From Phycisphaera mikurensis NBRC 102666 (GTDB taxonomy: Bacteria; Planctomycetota; Phycisphaerae; Phycisphaerales; Phycisphaeraceae): a stretch of DNA of 32,000 nt. The stretch spans positions 2,430,001-2,462,000 of the forward strand of contig NC_017080.1 of NCBI RefSeq assembly GCF_000284115.1. Direction: 5' to 3'. Position numbers and translations under genes: made by a program. Under the pieces are notes generated by a model, which saw only the letters and a program-made list of their open reading frames with translations, did no database searches and was not told the origin of the DNA. Each line of letters begins with the position of its first letter. The stretch's first letter is position 1. Positions 1 through 8,692 of the stretch are shown here, in pieces.

Positions 1-112
1 GGGAGAGGAGCTTCATGGCGAGACTGCGGGCGGGGAGCGGGGAGCGGGGAGCGGGCCGCGGGGCGGGGCCGGCGGAGGATTCGACGCGACGTGACCGTAG
101 CGCCGCGCCGCC

Positions 113-1021
113 TCAGCGCGGCGGCGAGCGCACGCCGAGGAGCGGCAGGGCGCGACGCTCGCCGTCGAGGGTGTACGCCACGACGCCCGCGGTCCAGGGC
201 GGGCTCGGGTGCGCCACCCCGGCGTGGCGGGTGCGGGGCGTGACCGCGGCCGTCACCCGGTGACCGCCCTGGCCATCGGGCTCCGCCGCCGGCACGCCCT
301 CGATCACGCGGAGCGAAGCGTGATCCCCGAGAGGCTCCGCCGACTCCCGCGGGAGCGGGAAGAACCCCACCGCGGTCGCCGCCGCGGGCACGCCCGCGAG
401 CGGGAAAGCCCACGTGCCGGGTTCCACCTCTTCGGCCTCGACGATCCGGGGCGCGTCGTACGCGGCCCGGAGCGCTTGCTCGGCGGGCGTCGCGGAGCGC
501 TGCCACGGCTCGCCGATCACCACCTCCACGCCCAACGCCGCCGACCCGGGCACGCAGCGTTGGTCGTCGCAGGCCAGGTAGCGGACCTCCACCTCCGCCG
601 TCGCCTCGTCGCCGACGGCAAGAGAAGGCGCGATCGGGAACTCGGCGAGCATCACCACCTCGTCCGCGTAGCCGAAGCCGACGACGCCGCCCGACTCGAA
701 CCGCTCCGGCGGCGGCATCACCGGGTCCCGCGTTGGCGCCTGCCGGCTCCAGGCCGCCGGCAGGTCGACGTCCAGCCGCGTCGGCATCCCGGCCTCGCCG
801 GGGTTCAGCCAGTAGACGTGCACCCCGTCGGGCAGCGTGAAACGCACCGGCAGCCGGCTCCACCCGCTGCCCGTGCTCAGCGTCACCGGCTCCTCCGCCG
901 CCGGCGTCACGACGACGCCGAGCGCCCCCGGCTCGCCCGCGCCGACCGGTGCGGCCACCGCGGATCCCGCCCGGAGCACCAAGCCGAACGCGAGGCCGAG
1001 GCCGGGGCCGATGAGCTTCAT
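113..1021 (-). CDS. Secreted protein resembling the N-terminal (disulfide reductase/cytochrome biogenesis associated) domain of DsbD
   Basis: In the 113..1747 ORF the plausible start is MKLIGPGLGLAFGLVLRAG (signal peptide). Followed by DGVHVYWLNPGEAGMPTRLD and YLACDDQRCVPGSA, typical of DsbD N-terminal domain proteins. TGA stop at 113-115. Confidence 0.7.
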   Translation of the reverse strand: MKLIGPGLGLAFGLVLRAGSAVAAPVGAGEPGALGVVVTPAAEEPVTLSTGSGWSRLPVRFTLPDGVHVYWLNPGEAGMPTRLDVDLPAAWSRQAPTRDPVMPPPERFESGGVVGFGYADEVVMLAEFPIAPSLAVGDEATAEVEVRYLACDDQRCVPGSAALGVEVVIGEPWQRSATPAEQALRAAYDAPRIVEAEEVEPGTWAFPLAGVPAAATAVGFFPLPRESAEPLGDHASLRVIEGVPAAEPDGQGGHRVTAAVTPRTRHAGVAHPSPPWTAGVVAYTLDGERRALPLLGVRSPPR

Positions 1022-1036
1022 GTCCGAGCCTACGAG

Positions 1037-1082
1037 CCGCGGACCGCGGGCGATGTAGCGCCGGAACGCCGACGGTCCGCGG
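1037..1082. repeat. 46-bp palindrome family, copy A
   Basis: CCGCGGACCG (1037-1046) - N26 - CGGTCCGCGG (1073-1082), between ddl and the DsbD-N-like gene. Confidence 0.9.
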
Positions 1083-1131
1083 ATCCGGCGGGCCCGGCCG
1101 CGGGCCGCGGGCGGCCACGGGCGTGGCGCCG

Positions 1132-2064
1132 TCAGCGGCGGGCGGCCGCGGCCTCCACGAGGCTCCGCACGAGGTCGGGCATCGCAAGGCCGGCTTCGGC
1201 GGCGGCCTTGGGCAGCAGCGAGTGCTCGGTGAAGCCGGGCATGGTGTTGATCTCCAGCACCCAAGGCACGCCGGCGGCGTCGAGCATCACGTCGACGCGG
1301 GCGAGGTCGCGAACGCCCAGCGCGACGCACCCCGCCTCGGCCGCTTCGCGCACGGCGGCGGCGACCGCCTCCGGCTCCTCCAGGTCGAAGGCGTAGGCGG
1401 TGTCGTCGCGGTCGTACTTGGCGGCGTAGTCGTAGTGGCCGGTCGCCGGGCGGATCCAGATCGTCGGGAGCGTCCGGCCGAGCAGCCAGCCGACGGTGAG
1501 CTCCTTGCCGGCGACGAAGCGCTCGCAGAGCAGCCGGGGGTTGCCCCGCTTCAGCCGGGCGTGCGCAGCGCGGAGCTGCTCGGCCGTCGTGCAGATCGCC
1601 AGGTCGATGCTCGAGCCGTCGGCCTCGGGCTTGAGCACGGCGGGCGGCGACAGGGTCGGCTCGGCTCCGCCGAGCAGCAGCTCGTGGGGCGGCGTGGGCA
1701 CGCCGGCGCGGACCAGCCGCTCCTTGGTCGCGGCTTTGTGCATGCACCGCTCCGCGGCGACGCGGTCGCAGCCGACGAAGACGGCGCCCCGGCTCTCGAG
1801 CAGCCGCTGCGCCCCGCCCCCCTCGCCCCAGGGCCCGTGCAGGATGGGGAGCACGACGCCGCCGGGGTGGGCGGCGAGGAATCCGTCGAGACCGGCGGTG
1901 TCGTCGGGGCCGAGGTCGCAGGTGGTGACGCCGAAGCCCGCGGCCTGGGCCGCCTCCGCGACGACCGCACCGGAGCGGAGCGACACCTCCCGCTCGCGGT
2001 CCGGCCCGCCGGAGATCACCAGGACGGCAGGCGAGGCTTCCACCCCGCCGAGCGTATGCGGCAC
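1132..2064 (-). CDS. ddl: D-alanine--D-alanine ligase
   Basis: Ddl motifs: SGGPDREREVSLRSG, HGPWGEGGGAQRLLE, LGVRDLARVDVMLDAAGVPWVLEINTMPGFTEHSLLPKAA. Confidence 0.93.
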   Translation of the reverse strand: MPHTLGGVEASPAVLVISGGPDREREVSLRSGAVVAEAAQAAGFGVTTCDLGPDDTAGLDGFLAAHPGGVVLPILHGPWGEGGGAQRLLESRGAVFVGCDRVAAERCMHKAATKERLVRAGVPTPPHELLLGGAEPTLSPPAVLKPEADGSSIDLAICTTAEQLRAAHARLKRGNPRLLCERFVAGKELTVGWLLGRTLPTIWIRPATGHYDYAAKYDRDDTAYAFDLEEPEAVAAAVREAAEAGCVALGVRDLARVDVMLDAAGVPWVLEINTMPGFTEHSLLPKAAAEAGLAMPDLVRSLVEAAAARR

Positions 2065-2098
2065 CCCGGGCGGGCGTCGGACCGCCCGTCGCAGGCGC

Positions 2099-2851
2099 CT
2101 ACGCGGCGGTGATCGCGCGGGTGATCGGGTTGAGCAGGTCCGGCACCAGGCGCTCGCTGCACAGCGTGTCGCACGTCGCGGCGAGCTCGCTGTACCAGTG
2201 GCTGAGCTCCTCGAGCGACTCGATCGGCCCGTAGCGGCGCACCGTCAGGAACAGCGAGATGGGCTCGCCGTTGCGGCTGGCCTTGCCGCGCCGGCTGCGC
2301 GGCCGGGTCTTCACCTCGTAGTAGGCCTGCGTCTCGCCGCCCTCGGAGAGCGACAGGCCGAAGACCGGCTGCACGTCGAGGACCTTGGCGGCGTGCTCGC
2401 CGCCGCCGAGCTTGACGAGGTTGCCCAGCTTCGAGTCCGCCAGGAGCGCCTCGAAGACCACCTCGTCGTGGTCCTGCTCGCACTCGAGGTCGAAGCCGAA
2501 CAGCACCTCCAGGTAGTCCACGTCCAGCGCGGAGAGCGTCAGGTGGAAAGGCGCGATCTCGAGCATCAGCTTGTGGAACTCGGCCGACGCCTCGAGGCTC
2601 TCGGGGTTCACGTGCCCGGTGCGGAGGCCGTGCTGGCGGAGGGCCAGCCAGCGGTATTCCTGCTCGGCCCGGGACGATTCGAGCGCCAGCTCGCCGTCGT
2701 AGCGGCGGAAGCGGTTCATCGTCGGCAGGCTCTTGCTCACCCGGTCGAAGAAGTGGAGCACCGTCTCACGCTCCGAGGGCATGTCCATCTTCACCGCGAG
2801 CTTGGTGTTCACGTAGAAGTCGGTGCACAGAGCGCCGTAGCTGGTCGCCAT
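2099..2851 (-). CDS. Hypothetical protein (250 aa), no family recognised
   Basis: Long ATG-started ORF with even, non-low-complexity composition. Fills the space between ddl and the small ORF. Confidence 0.75.
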   Translation of the reverse strand: MATSYGALCTDFYVNTKLAVKMDMPSERETVLHFFDRVSKSLPTMNRFRRYDGELALESSRAEQEYRWLALRQHGLRTGHVNPESLEASAEFHKLMLEIAPFHLTLSALDVDYLEVLFGFDLECEQDHDEVVFEALLADSKLGNLVKLGGGEHAAKVLDVQPVFGLSLSEGGETQAYYEVKTRPRSRRGKASRNGEPISLFLTVRRYGPIESLEELSHWYSELAATCDTLCSERLVPDLLNPITRAITAA

Positions 2852-2983
2852 CGAGGAAAGTCCTTGCGTTGAATCATTCGGGAGCTCCGGCCCGCCGCGG
2901 CCGCGGCGGCTCCGGCCCGGAAGCGGCGGAGTATAGAAGCCGCGGGCGGAGCCTCCCGCCCGGCAGCCGCCTACGCTCGCGGG

Positions 2984-3136
2984 ATGGACCGCGAAGGCAC
3001 CACCGAAAGCACCACCATCCGCGACAGCGACCGGGCCACCGAGGGCGGCCCCCCCGGCTGGCTGGCCTTCGTCATCGTCGCCGTGCTCTTCCTCATCGGC
3101 GCGATCGCCGTCGCGGCGATCTCCATCTTGACCTGA
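2984..3136 (+). CDS. Small single-pass membrane protein (50 aa)
   Basis: Manual translation: MDREGTTESTTIRDSDRATEGGPPGWLAFVIVAVLFLIGAIAVAAISILT*. Acidic head plus one clear TM helix. Absent from the ORF track because it is short. Confidence 0.45.
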   Translation: MDREGTTESTTIRDSDRATEGGPPGWLAFVIVAVLFLIGAIAVAAISILT

Positions 3137-3139
3137 CGA

Positions 3140-4024
3140 TCAAGTCGCTTCCGGGAGCGCACGCAGAACCCCGACGCCGGGCCCGAGGCCGCAGACGGCG
3201 ATGCCGGCCTCGTCGGCGGCGGCGAGGACCGCTTTGCGATCGACCAGGATGACGCCGCCGGCGTCGAGCACGAGGCAGACCGCGCCGGCCGCTCGGAGGT
3301 TCGCGATCGTCTCCAGCCCCACGGTGGGCACGTCGAAGCGCGGGTCCTTCGCGGGCCCTGCGCCCTTGCAGAGCGTCCAGCCCTTGCCGCGAGCGAGCTC
3401 GCCGGCACGCCGGATCATGGCGTCGGTGCCCTCCGCCGCCTCGACCGCGAGCACGTCGCGTCCGCGGACCGCGATCGCCTGGCCGACCTCCAGCTCGTTC
3501 ATCCGTTCGAGGACGGACCACGCCAGCTCGGCGTCCCGCAGCACGCCCGCGGCCGGGCGGCTGCGGGTCATCCACCCGGCGCGGGCGAGGTGGTCGGCGA
3601 CCGGGGTGGTGGAGTCGATCAAGGTGATGCCCGCCGCGGCGAGCTCGTCGGCGAGGTGACCCAGCAGCGCCTGGCTGCGGCGGTCGTGCCGCGTGCGGAG
3701 CAGCCAGACCCGCGCGGCCCGCCAGTCGGGCAGGTGCCCGAGGATCCCCCGCACATCGTACTGCACCCCCTTGCCCACGCGGCCCACCATGATTGCCTCG
3801 GCCGCGCCCCGGCGACGCAGCGCGCGCGCCCAGCCGCCGGGGCGGAGCATCGAGACCGGGACCACCTCTTCGCAGATCTTGGCGAGCGAGCCGTCGGCGC
3901 ACCCGCTCAGGGAAACCGCGACGACCCGCCGGCCGGCGGCGACGAGGCCCTCGGCCACGAGGACCGGGAGGCGGCCCTCGCCGGCGATGAGTCCGATGGG
4001 GGCGAGGGCGGCCGCTTCGATCAC
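3140..4024 (-). CDS. lpxI: LpxI family UDP-2,3-diacylglucosamine diphosphatase
   Basis: GLIAGEGRLPVLVAEGL, MVGRVGKG, LLGHLADELAAAGITLIDST, KGAGPAKDPRFDVPTVGLETI. GTG start at 4024. Confidence 0.88.
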   Translation of the reverse strand: MIEAAALAPIGLIAGEGRLPVLVAEGLVAAGRRVVAVSLSGCADGSLAKICEEVVPVSMLRPGGWARALRRRGAAEAIMVGRVGKGVQYDVRGILGHLPDWRAARVWLLRTRHDRRSQALLGHLADELAAAGITLIDSTTPVADHLARAGWMTRSRPAAGVLRDAELAWSVLERMNELEVGQAIAVRGRDVLAVEAAEGTDAMIRRAGELARGKGWTLCKGAGPAKDPRFDVPTVGLETIANLRAAGAVCLVLDAGGVILVDRKAVLAAADEAGIAVCGLGPGVGVLRALPEAT

Positions 4025-4070
4025 CCGCGGACCGTACCGCCGCGGACCCGGAATCCGCCGCGGTCCGCGG
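4025..4070. repeat. 46-bp palindrome family, copy B
   Basis: CCGCGGACCG (4025-4034) - N26 - CGGTCCGCGG (4061-4070), between the mlaD stop and the lpxI start. Confidence 0.9.
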
Positions 4071-4076
4071 CGTCCC

Positions 4077-5063
4077 TCAGAACCGGAGGGGGAAGCCCTC
4101 GTCGCGCCACTTCTGAACGAGCAGGCGGCCCTCGTCGGCGGCGGCGGCGATCCGCTCGGCGGCGCCCGCCCAGTTGTCGAAGAAGGCGGGGTCGTTCAGC
4201 AGCAGCGCGACGGTGCCGTCGCCTTCGGTGGCCTCCCGCATGGCGGCCTGGGCCTGGTCGAGCGTGGCGATCGCCTCCTCGGCGGTGGCGAGGTAGCGGC
4301 TCGTGAGCGCGGCGACCTTCTCGCCCGCGCCCTCGGCGACCGTGCGGGCCTCGGCGGCGGCGGCCCGGGCGTCCTGGGTCGTGGCCTGGGCGTTCTCCAG
4401 GGTCTTGCGGACCAGCGCCCGCAGCTCCGGGTCGCCGGTGTAGCCGCGGACGTCGGCGATGACCGCTTCGGCGCCGGCGAGCCGCTGGTTGAGCCCGCGG
4501 ACGACCTCGACGATCGACGTCTCCTCGGTGCCGTCGCCCCCGAGCACGCCGGAGACCTGCTCGCCCACGCCCGCCCACGTGTCGGAGAGCTCGTCGACGC
4601 TGGAGGTGAGGCCGTCCAGGGAGCGGAATGCGGCGGCGAGGGAGCCCAGCCGGCCCTCGAGCACGGCCGAGCCGTCGTCGGCGAGCAGAGCCGTCGGCCG
4701 GTCCTGCGCGTCGGCGGGGGCAACCAGCCGCAGCGTCGAGACGCCGCCGAGCAGGTCGGTGTCCACCTCGGCGACGGTGCCCTCGGGGATGCGGATGCCC
4801 TCCTGGATCCGGGCGGTCACGACGACCGGCCCGCCGGGCACGCCGGCGAACCCGACGCTCTCGACCTTGCCGATCCCGATGCCGGAAATCGTCACCGGGC
4901 TGCCCGAGCCCAGCGACAGCGCGTCGTCGAGCTCGGCGGCGAGCGTGTAGCCGCCCCGCAGGAAGGACGGCGTGTAGCCGAAGAGGAAGAGCGTCGCGCA
5001 CAGGCCGATGAGGCCCAGGAGGCAGGTCGCGCCGACGATCACGTTCTGGCGGGTGTCGGTCAT
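4077..5063 (-). CDS. mlaD: MlaD/MCE domain protein (lipid ABC transport substrate-binding component)
   Basis: N-terminal TM followed by MCE-type SPVTISGIGIGKVESVGF...GTVAEVDTDLLGGVSTLRL and a long coiled-coil-like C-terminus. Confidence 0.85.
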   Translation of the reverse strand: MTDTRQNVIVGATCLLGLIGLCATLFLFGYTPSFLRGGYTLAAELDDALSLGSGSPVTISGIGIGKVESVGFAGVPGGPVVVTARIQEGIRIPEGTVAEVDTDLLGGVSTLRLVAPADAQDRPTALLADDGSAVLEGRLGSLAAAFRSLDGLTSSVDELSDTWAGVGEQVSGVLGGDGTEETSIVEVVRGLNQRLAGAEAVIADVRGYTGDPELRALVRKTLENAQATTQDARAAAAEARTVAEGAGEKVAALTSRYLATAEEAIATLDQAQAAMREATEGDGTVALLLNDPAFFDNWAGAAERIAAAADEGRLLVQKWRDEGFPLRF

Positions 5064-5094
5064 CAGGAAAGAAGCTAGGCCGCGCCCGCCCGTC

Positions 5095-5943
5095 CTACCG
5101 GTCGGCTCCGTGGGGGTCTCCCGCCGGCGGCGCCAACGCCCCCTCCCGCCGAGCCCGGGCGTCGCCGAGCTCGAAGCCGTGGCGGATCGCCTCGAGGTCG
5201 TCGTCGCCGGCCCGGCCCTGGATGAAGTGCTGCACGTCGTCGTCGGCGCTGGCGAGGAAGGCCGCGGGTTCGTCGTCGGCGACGATCCGCCCCGCCGCCA
5301 GCAGGACCATGCGGTCGGCGATGCGCCGCGCCGACTGCATGTCGTGGGTCACGGCGATGCCGGTGATCTGCCGGTGGTCGCGGAGGGCGTTGATGAGCTC
5401 GTTGATCACGTCCGCTCGGATGGGATCCAGCCCGGTCGTCGGCTCGTCGTACAGCACGAGGTCCGGGTCGAGCGCGACCGCCCGGGCGAGGGCGACACGC
5501 TTCTTCTGCCCCCCGGAGAGCTCCCCGGGCATCTTCGCCCCCACGCCCGGCAGGCCGACCTGGGCCAGCAGCAGCTCCGCCTTGTCGGCCCGCTGCGCCG
5601 GGGTGTACCCGCCGTGTTCGAGCATCGGGAAGGCGACGTTGTCGGCGGCGGACATCGAGTCGAACAGCGCCCCCATCTGGAAGAGGAAGCCGATCCGCGA
5701 CCGCACCGGCACCAGCTCCCGCTCGCTGAGCGTGTCGATCCGCCGCCCGTCGAACCACACCTCGCCGGCGTCGGGGCAGAGCAGCCCCATCACGTGCTTG
5801 AGCATCACGCTCTTGCCCGTGCCCGAGGGGCCGAGCACGACCGTCGTCTTGCCCCTCTCGAAGCTCAGCGAGAGGTCGTGGAGCACCACCTGCGACCCGA
5901 AGGCCTTGCTCACGTTCTTCAGCTCGACGAGGGGCAGGTCCAC
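5095..5943 (-). CDS. mlaF: ABC transporter ATP-binding protein, MlaF-like
   Basis: Walker A LGPSGTGKS, signature LSGGQKKRVALARA, Walker B DLVLYDEPTTGLDP. GTG start. Adjacent to the mlaD-like gene. Confidence 0.88.
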   Translation of the reverse strand: MDLPLVELKNVSKAFGSQVVLHDLSLSFERGKTTVVLGPSGTGKSVMLKHVMGLLCPDAGEVWFDGRRIDTLSERELVPVRSRIGFLFQMGALFDSMSAADNVAFPMLEHGGYTPAQRADKAELLLAQVGLPGVGAKMPGELSGGQKKRVALARAVALDPDLVLYDEPTTGLDPIRADVINELINALRDHRQITGIAVTHDMQSARRIADRMVLLAAGRIVADDEPAAFLASADDDVQHFIQGRAGDDDLEAIRHGFELGDARARREGALAPPAGDPHGADR

Positions 5944-6025
5944 CCGGGCAAGCTACGCGGCACGCCGCGCCGGCGGACGCGGGAGCCAGATCCGGCCTCG
6001 GCGCCACGCCCCGCGACGCGCGGGG

Positions 6026-7138
6026 TCAGTCGCCCATGAAGTAGTCCCTCACCGCTCCGACCACCTCGTCCTGCTGCTCGAGGCTCATGTCCGAGTACAT
6101 CGGGATCGAGAGCACCTCGTCCGCCGCACGCTCCGCCGCGGGCAGGCTGCCCTTCTCGTAGCCGAGGTGGGCGTACACCGGCTGGAGGTGCAGCGGCCGC
6201 GGGTAGTAGACGCGGTTGCCGATCTCCTTGGCGTCGAGGTGGTGCCGCAGCGGCTCGCGGCCGCCGCCGCGGACCCGCAGCGTGTAGAGGTTGTACGCGT
6301 GGCGGATGTCCTCGGCGGAGTCGGGCGTCGTGACCGGCATCGACTCCAGCAGCTTCTTGTAGCGCTTCGCGAGCCCGCGCCGCTTGTCGACGAGCTCGGG
6401 CAGCAGCGGGAGCTTCACCGACAGGAAGGCCGCCTGCAGCGGGTCCATGCGGAAGGCCCCGCCGACCTCGTCGACGATGTAGCCGGGCTTGAGGCCGTGG
6501 ACGCGGAGGTTCCGCAGCCGCTCGGCGACCGCGTCGTCGTCGGTGACCACCGCCCCGGCGTCGCCCGCCGCGGCGAGGCTCTTGGTGGGGTAGAAGCTGA
6601 TGACGCCCAGGTCGCCGAGCGAGCCGGCGGGGGCGCCGTGGTAGCTGGCGCCGATGGCCATGTCGGCGTCCTCGACGACCTTGAGCCCGTGGCGCTCGGC
6701 GAGCTCGTTGATGCGTCGCATCGGGCAGGGCAGCCCGTAGAGGTGGACCGCGACGATCGCCTGCGTGCGCGGGGTGATCGCGCCCTCCAGGGCCTCGGGA
6801 TCGAGGTTGAAGGTCCGCGGGTTGATGTCGCAGAAGACCGGCGTGGCCCCCACGCGGGTGATCGCCTCGGCCGTGTGCAGGTACGAAAAGGGGCTGACGA
6901 TCACCTCGTCGCCGGGGCCGAGGTTCAGCGCCATGAAGGCGAGCGCGAGCCCGTCGGTGCCGCTGGAGACGCCGACGGCGTGCTTGACGCCGAGGCTCTG
7001 CGCCAGCTCCCGCTCGAAGCGCTCGACGTAGTGGCCGAGCACGAGCCGGCCGGACTCGATGACGTCGACGAACGCCTCACGCAGCTGGGGCATCAGCTGC
7101 TTGTGCTGCTCGGAGAGGTCGAGGATCGGAACCGACAT
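6026..7138 (-). CDS. DegT/DnrJ/EryC1/StrS family PLP-dependent aminotransferase
   Basis: MSVPILDLSEQHKQLMPQLREAF, GVSSGTDGLALAFMALNLGPGDEVI, VEDADMAIGASYHGAPAGSLGDLGVISFYPTKSLAAAGDAGAV (PLP lysine region). Confidence 0.92.
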   Translation of the reverse strand: MSVPILDLSEQHKQLMPQLREAFVDVIESGRLVLGHYVERFERELAQSLGVKHAVGVSSGTDGLALAFMALNLGPGDEVIVSPFSYLHTAEAITRVGATPVFCDINPRTFNLDPEALEGAITPRTQAIVAVHLYGLPCPMRRINELAERHGLKVVEDADMAIGASYHGAPAGSLGDLGVISFYPTKSLAAAGDAGAVVTDDDAVAERLRNLRVHGLKPGYIVDEVGGAFRMDPLQAAFLSVKLPLLPELVDKRRGLAKRYKKLLESMPVTTPDSAEDIRHAYNLYTLRVRGGGREPLRHHLDAKEIGNRVYYPRPLHLQPVYAHLGYEKGSLPAAERAADEVLSIPMYSDMSLEQQDEVVGAVRDYFMGD

Positions 7139-7277
7139 GGAACTCCGCTTCGCGGCTCGCGCTTCGGTGGGTGCGGGGCGGGGCGTCGGCAGGGCCGCCG
7201 CCGCGCAGGAGCACGAGATCAGCCATCGGACGCTTTCGGGCGTCCCCCGCCGCGTCCGCGAGGGCTTGCGGCCGGTC

Positions 7278-7613
7278 TCAAGCCGCGTCGACGCTGACGA
7301 ACTTCCGCACGCTGCCCAGGTCGGCGAGCTCGCCGGGGCCGGCCACGAAGGTGGCCTCCTCGCCGACGACGCCGTGCACGAGGGCCTTCTTGGGCTCACG
7401 CGACTCCCACACCCGCCAGCGGCCGCCGCGGGGCGAGAACTTGGGGTTGGCGAGGCGGTTGTCCGCCATCTTGGCATTGCGACGCTTGACGTCCGGGTCC
7501 TTGGAGAGGAGGCGGACGAGCGTCTTGGTCGCGGAGGCGTTGGTCGGCGTCGAGGTGACCTTGACGTGGACGCGCTTCCCGGGGGTCAGGTCAGCGGGGG
7601 CGAGATCGGCCAT
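7278..7613 (-). CDS. Hypothetical protein (111 aa)
   Basis: Internal ATG MADLAPADLTPGKRVHVKVTSTPTNASATKTLVRLLSKDPDVKRRN in the larger ORF. Compact basic protein. Confidence 0.6.
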   Translation of the reverse strand: MADLAPADLTPGKRVHVKVTSTPTNASATKTLVRLLSKDPDVKRRNAKMADNRLANPKFSPRGGRWRVWESREPKKALVHGVVGEEATFVAGPGELADLGSVRKFVSVDAA

Positions 7614-7772
7614 GGCGAAACAGCTTCCGCCCGCATCGGGGCGTGTGGGGGGTTGAACGAACAGCAGCCGGACACCCGGCGCGGCGGGGAGTATGGCCGA
7701 TGCGGGGGCTCGCGTCAAAGGGTGGCCCGGGGGGTGGCCCGGGGGTGGCCCGGGCGCCGCGGGATCGCCAAG

Positions 7773-7818
7773 CCGCGGACCGTGACCCTCCGGGGCCCGC
7801 GGAGGCCACGGTCCGCGG
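7773..7818. repeat. 46-bp palindrome family, copy C
   Basis: CCGCGGACCGTG...CACGGTCCGCGG (12-bp arms) with nested CCTCCG/CGGAGG. Intergenic. Confidence 0.93.
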
Positions 7819-7943
7819 GCTGGCCCGGCGGGCGGGTCGTCATCCGCGCCGCGGAGCCGTCGAGCCACCCGCCCGGAGCGTTCTGCGCACCGCGCACCGA
7901 CCGCCTCTGCGGGCGGGTCGATCAGGGCACGGCGCACGATGCG

Positions 7944-8492
7944 CTAGTTCCAGAAGATCACTTCGCTGCCGGCGGGCACGTCGGCGAGGCGGTTGGCGCC
8001 GGGATCGTCGAGCCGCTGGAGGCCCGAGGGCGACGCCGGGCGCGTGGTTGCCGCGGACGGAGCGGATGCCGGGGACGGGGCCAGGCCCCGGGTGGACGGG
8101 GCCAGGCCCCGGGTGGACGGGGCCAGGCCCCGGGTGGGCACCGACGCCGGCTCGACGCGGAAGGCCGCGGGCGTGCGGCCAGCCGGCGCCGGCGTGGGGT
8201 TCGGCCGGCCCCACGCGACGGCGCGCCCGCCCGCGGGCGGGGCCGGCGTCGCGGCCGGCGTCGGCGTCCAGCGCGAGCCGGCCGACGCCATGGTTGCGGG
8301 CGCGGGCGTGGGGGCCGGGCGGGCGTCGTCCAGCACCCGGACCTCCGACCACAGCCCGGGCCCCGCGAAGACCGTGGGCCGGGCCGGCGCCCCCGCACCC
8401 GCCGCTTCCTGCGCGGCGGACGCGGAGCAGCCGGAAAGCAGCCCGGCGAGGAGCAGCAGCGGGAGCGCGGAGGCGGTCGGGAGCGCGGTCAT
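7944..8492 (-). CDS. Putative lipoprotein with Pro/Ala-rich region and short tandem repeats
   Basis: MTALPTASALPLLLLAGLLSGCSAS has a lipobox-like LLSGC. Internal repeat TRGLAPS x3. Confidence 0.55.
   Translation of the reverse strand: MTALPTASALPLLLLAGLLSGCSASAAQEAAGAGAPARPTVFAGPGLWSEVRVLDDARPAPTPAPATMASAGSRWTPTPAATPAPPAGGRAVAWGRPNPTPAPAGRTPAAFRVEPASVPTRGLAPSTRGLAPSTRGLAPSPASAPSAATTRPASPSGLQRLDDPGANRLADVPAGSEVIFWN
8074..8136 (+). repeat. 21-bp tandem repeat, 3 copies, within the lipoprotein gene
   Basis: Unit GACGGGGCCAGGCCCCGGGTG repeated perfectly at 8074-8094, 8095-8115 and 8116-8136. Confidence 0.95.
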
Positions 8493-8649
8493 GAGCCGGT
8501 CTTCGGCGGGCCGGCCCGGGGGATCCACACGGGCCGGCTTCCCGGCCCGGACCCGGCCTCCCGCCGCGGCCGACGGCCGGCAGATCCGGCACAACCCGCA
8601 CCCCGGCGTCCCCGACGCCGCGTGCAGCCGGTGGAAAACCCGGAGCGAC

Positions 8650-8678
8650 TTGACGGTTCGGCTTGCGTTTGGTTACCT
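8650..8678 (+). promoter_or_regulatory. Putative imuA promoter with LexA-like direct repeat GTTC-N7-GTTT in the spacer
   Basis: TTGACG-17 nt-TTACCT ends 14 nt before the ATG at 8693. Spacer contains GTTCggcttgcGTTT. Confidence 0.3.
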
Positions 8679-8692
8679 GACACGCACCAACC

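Noticed and set aside
31-57. GGGGAGC-rich short repeat at the left edge as a member of the octamer family
   Set aside because: Unit is about 7 nt, lacks GAAG and AGTCAG signatures, and is too close to the window edge to judge.
3462-3471. CCGCGGACCG within lpxI as a seventh 46-bp palindrome copy
   Set aside because: No CGGTCCGCGG arm 26 nt downstream; a single coding-sequence occurrence of the 10-mer is expected in GC-rich DNA.
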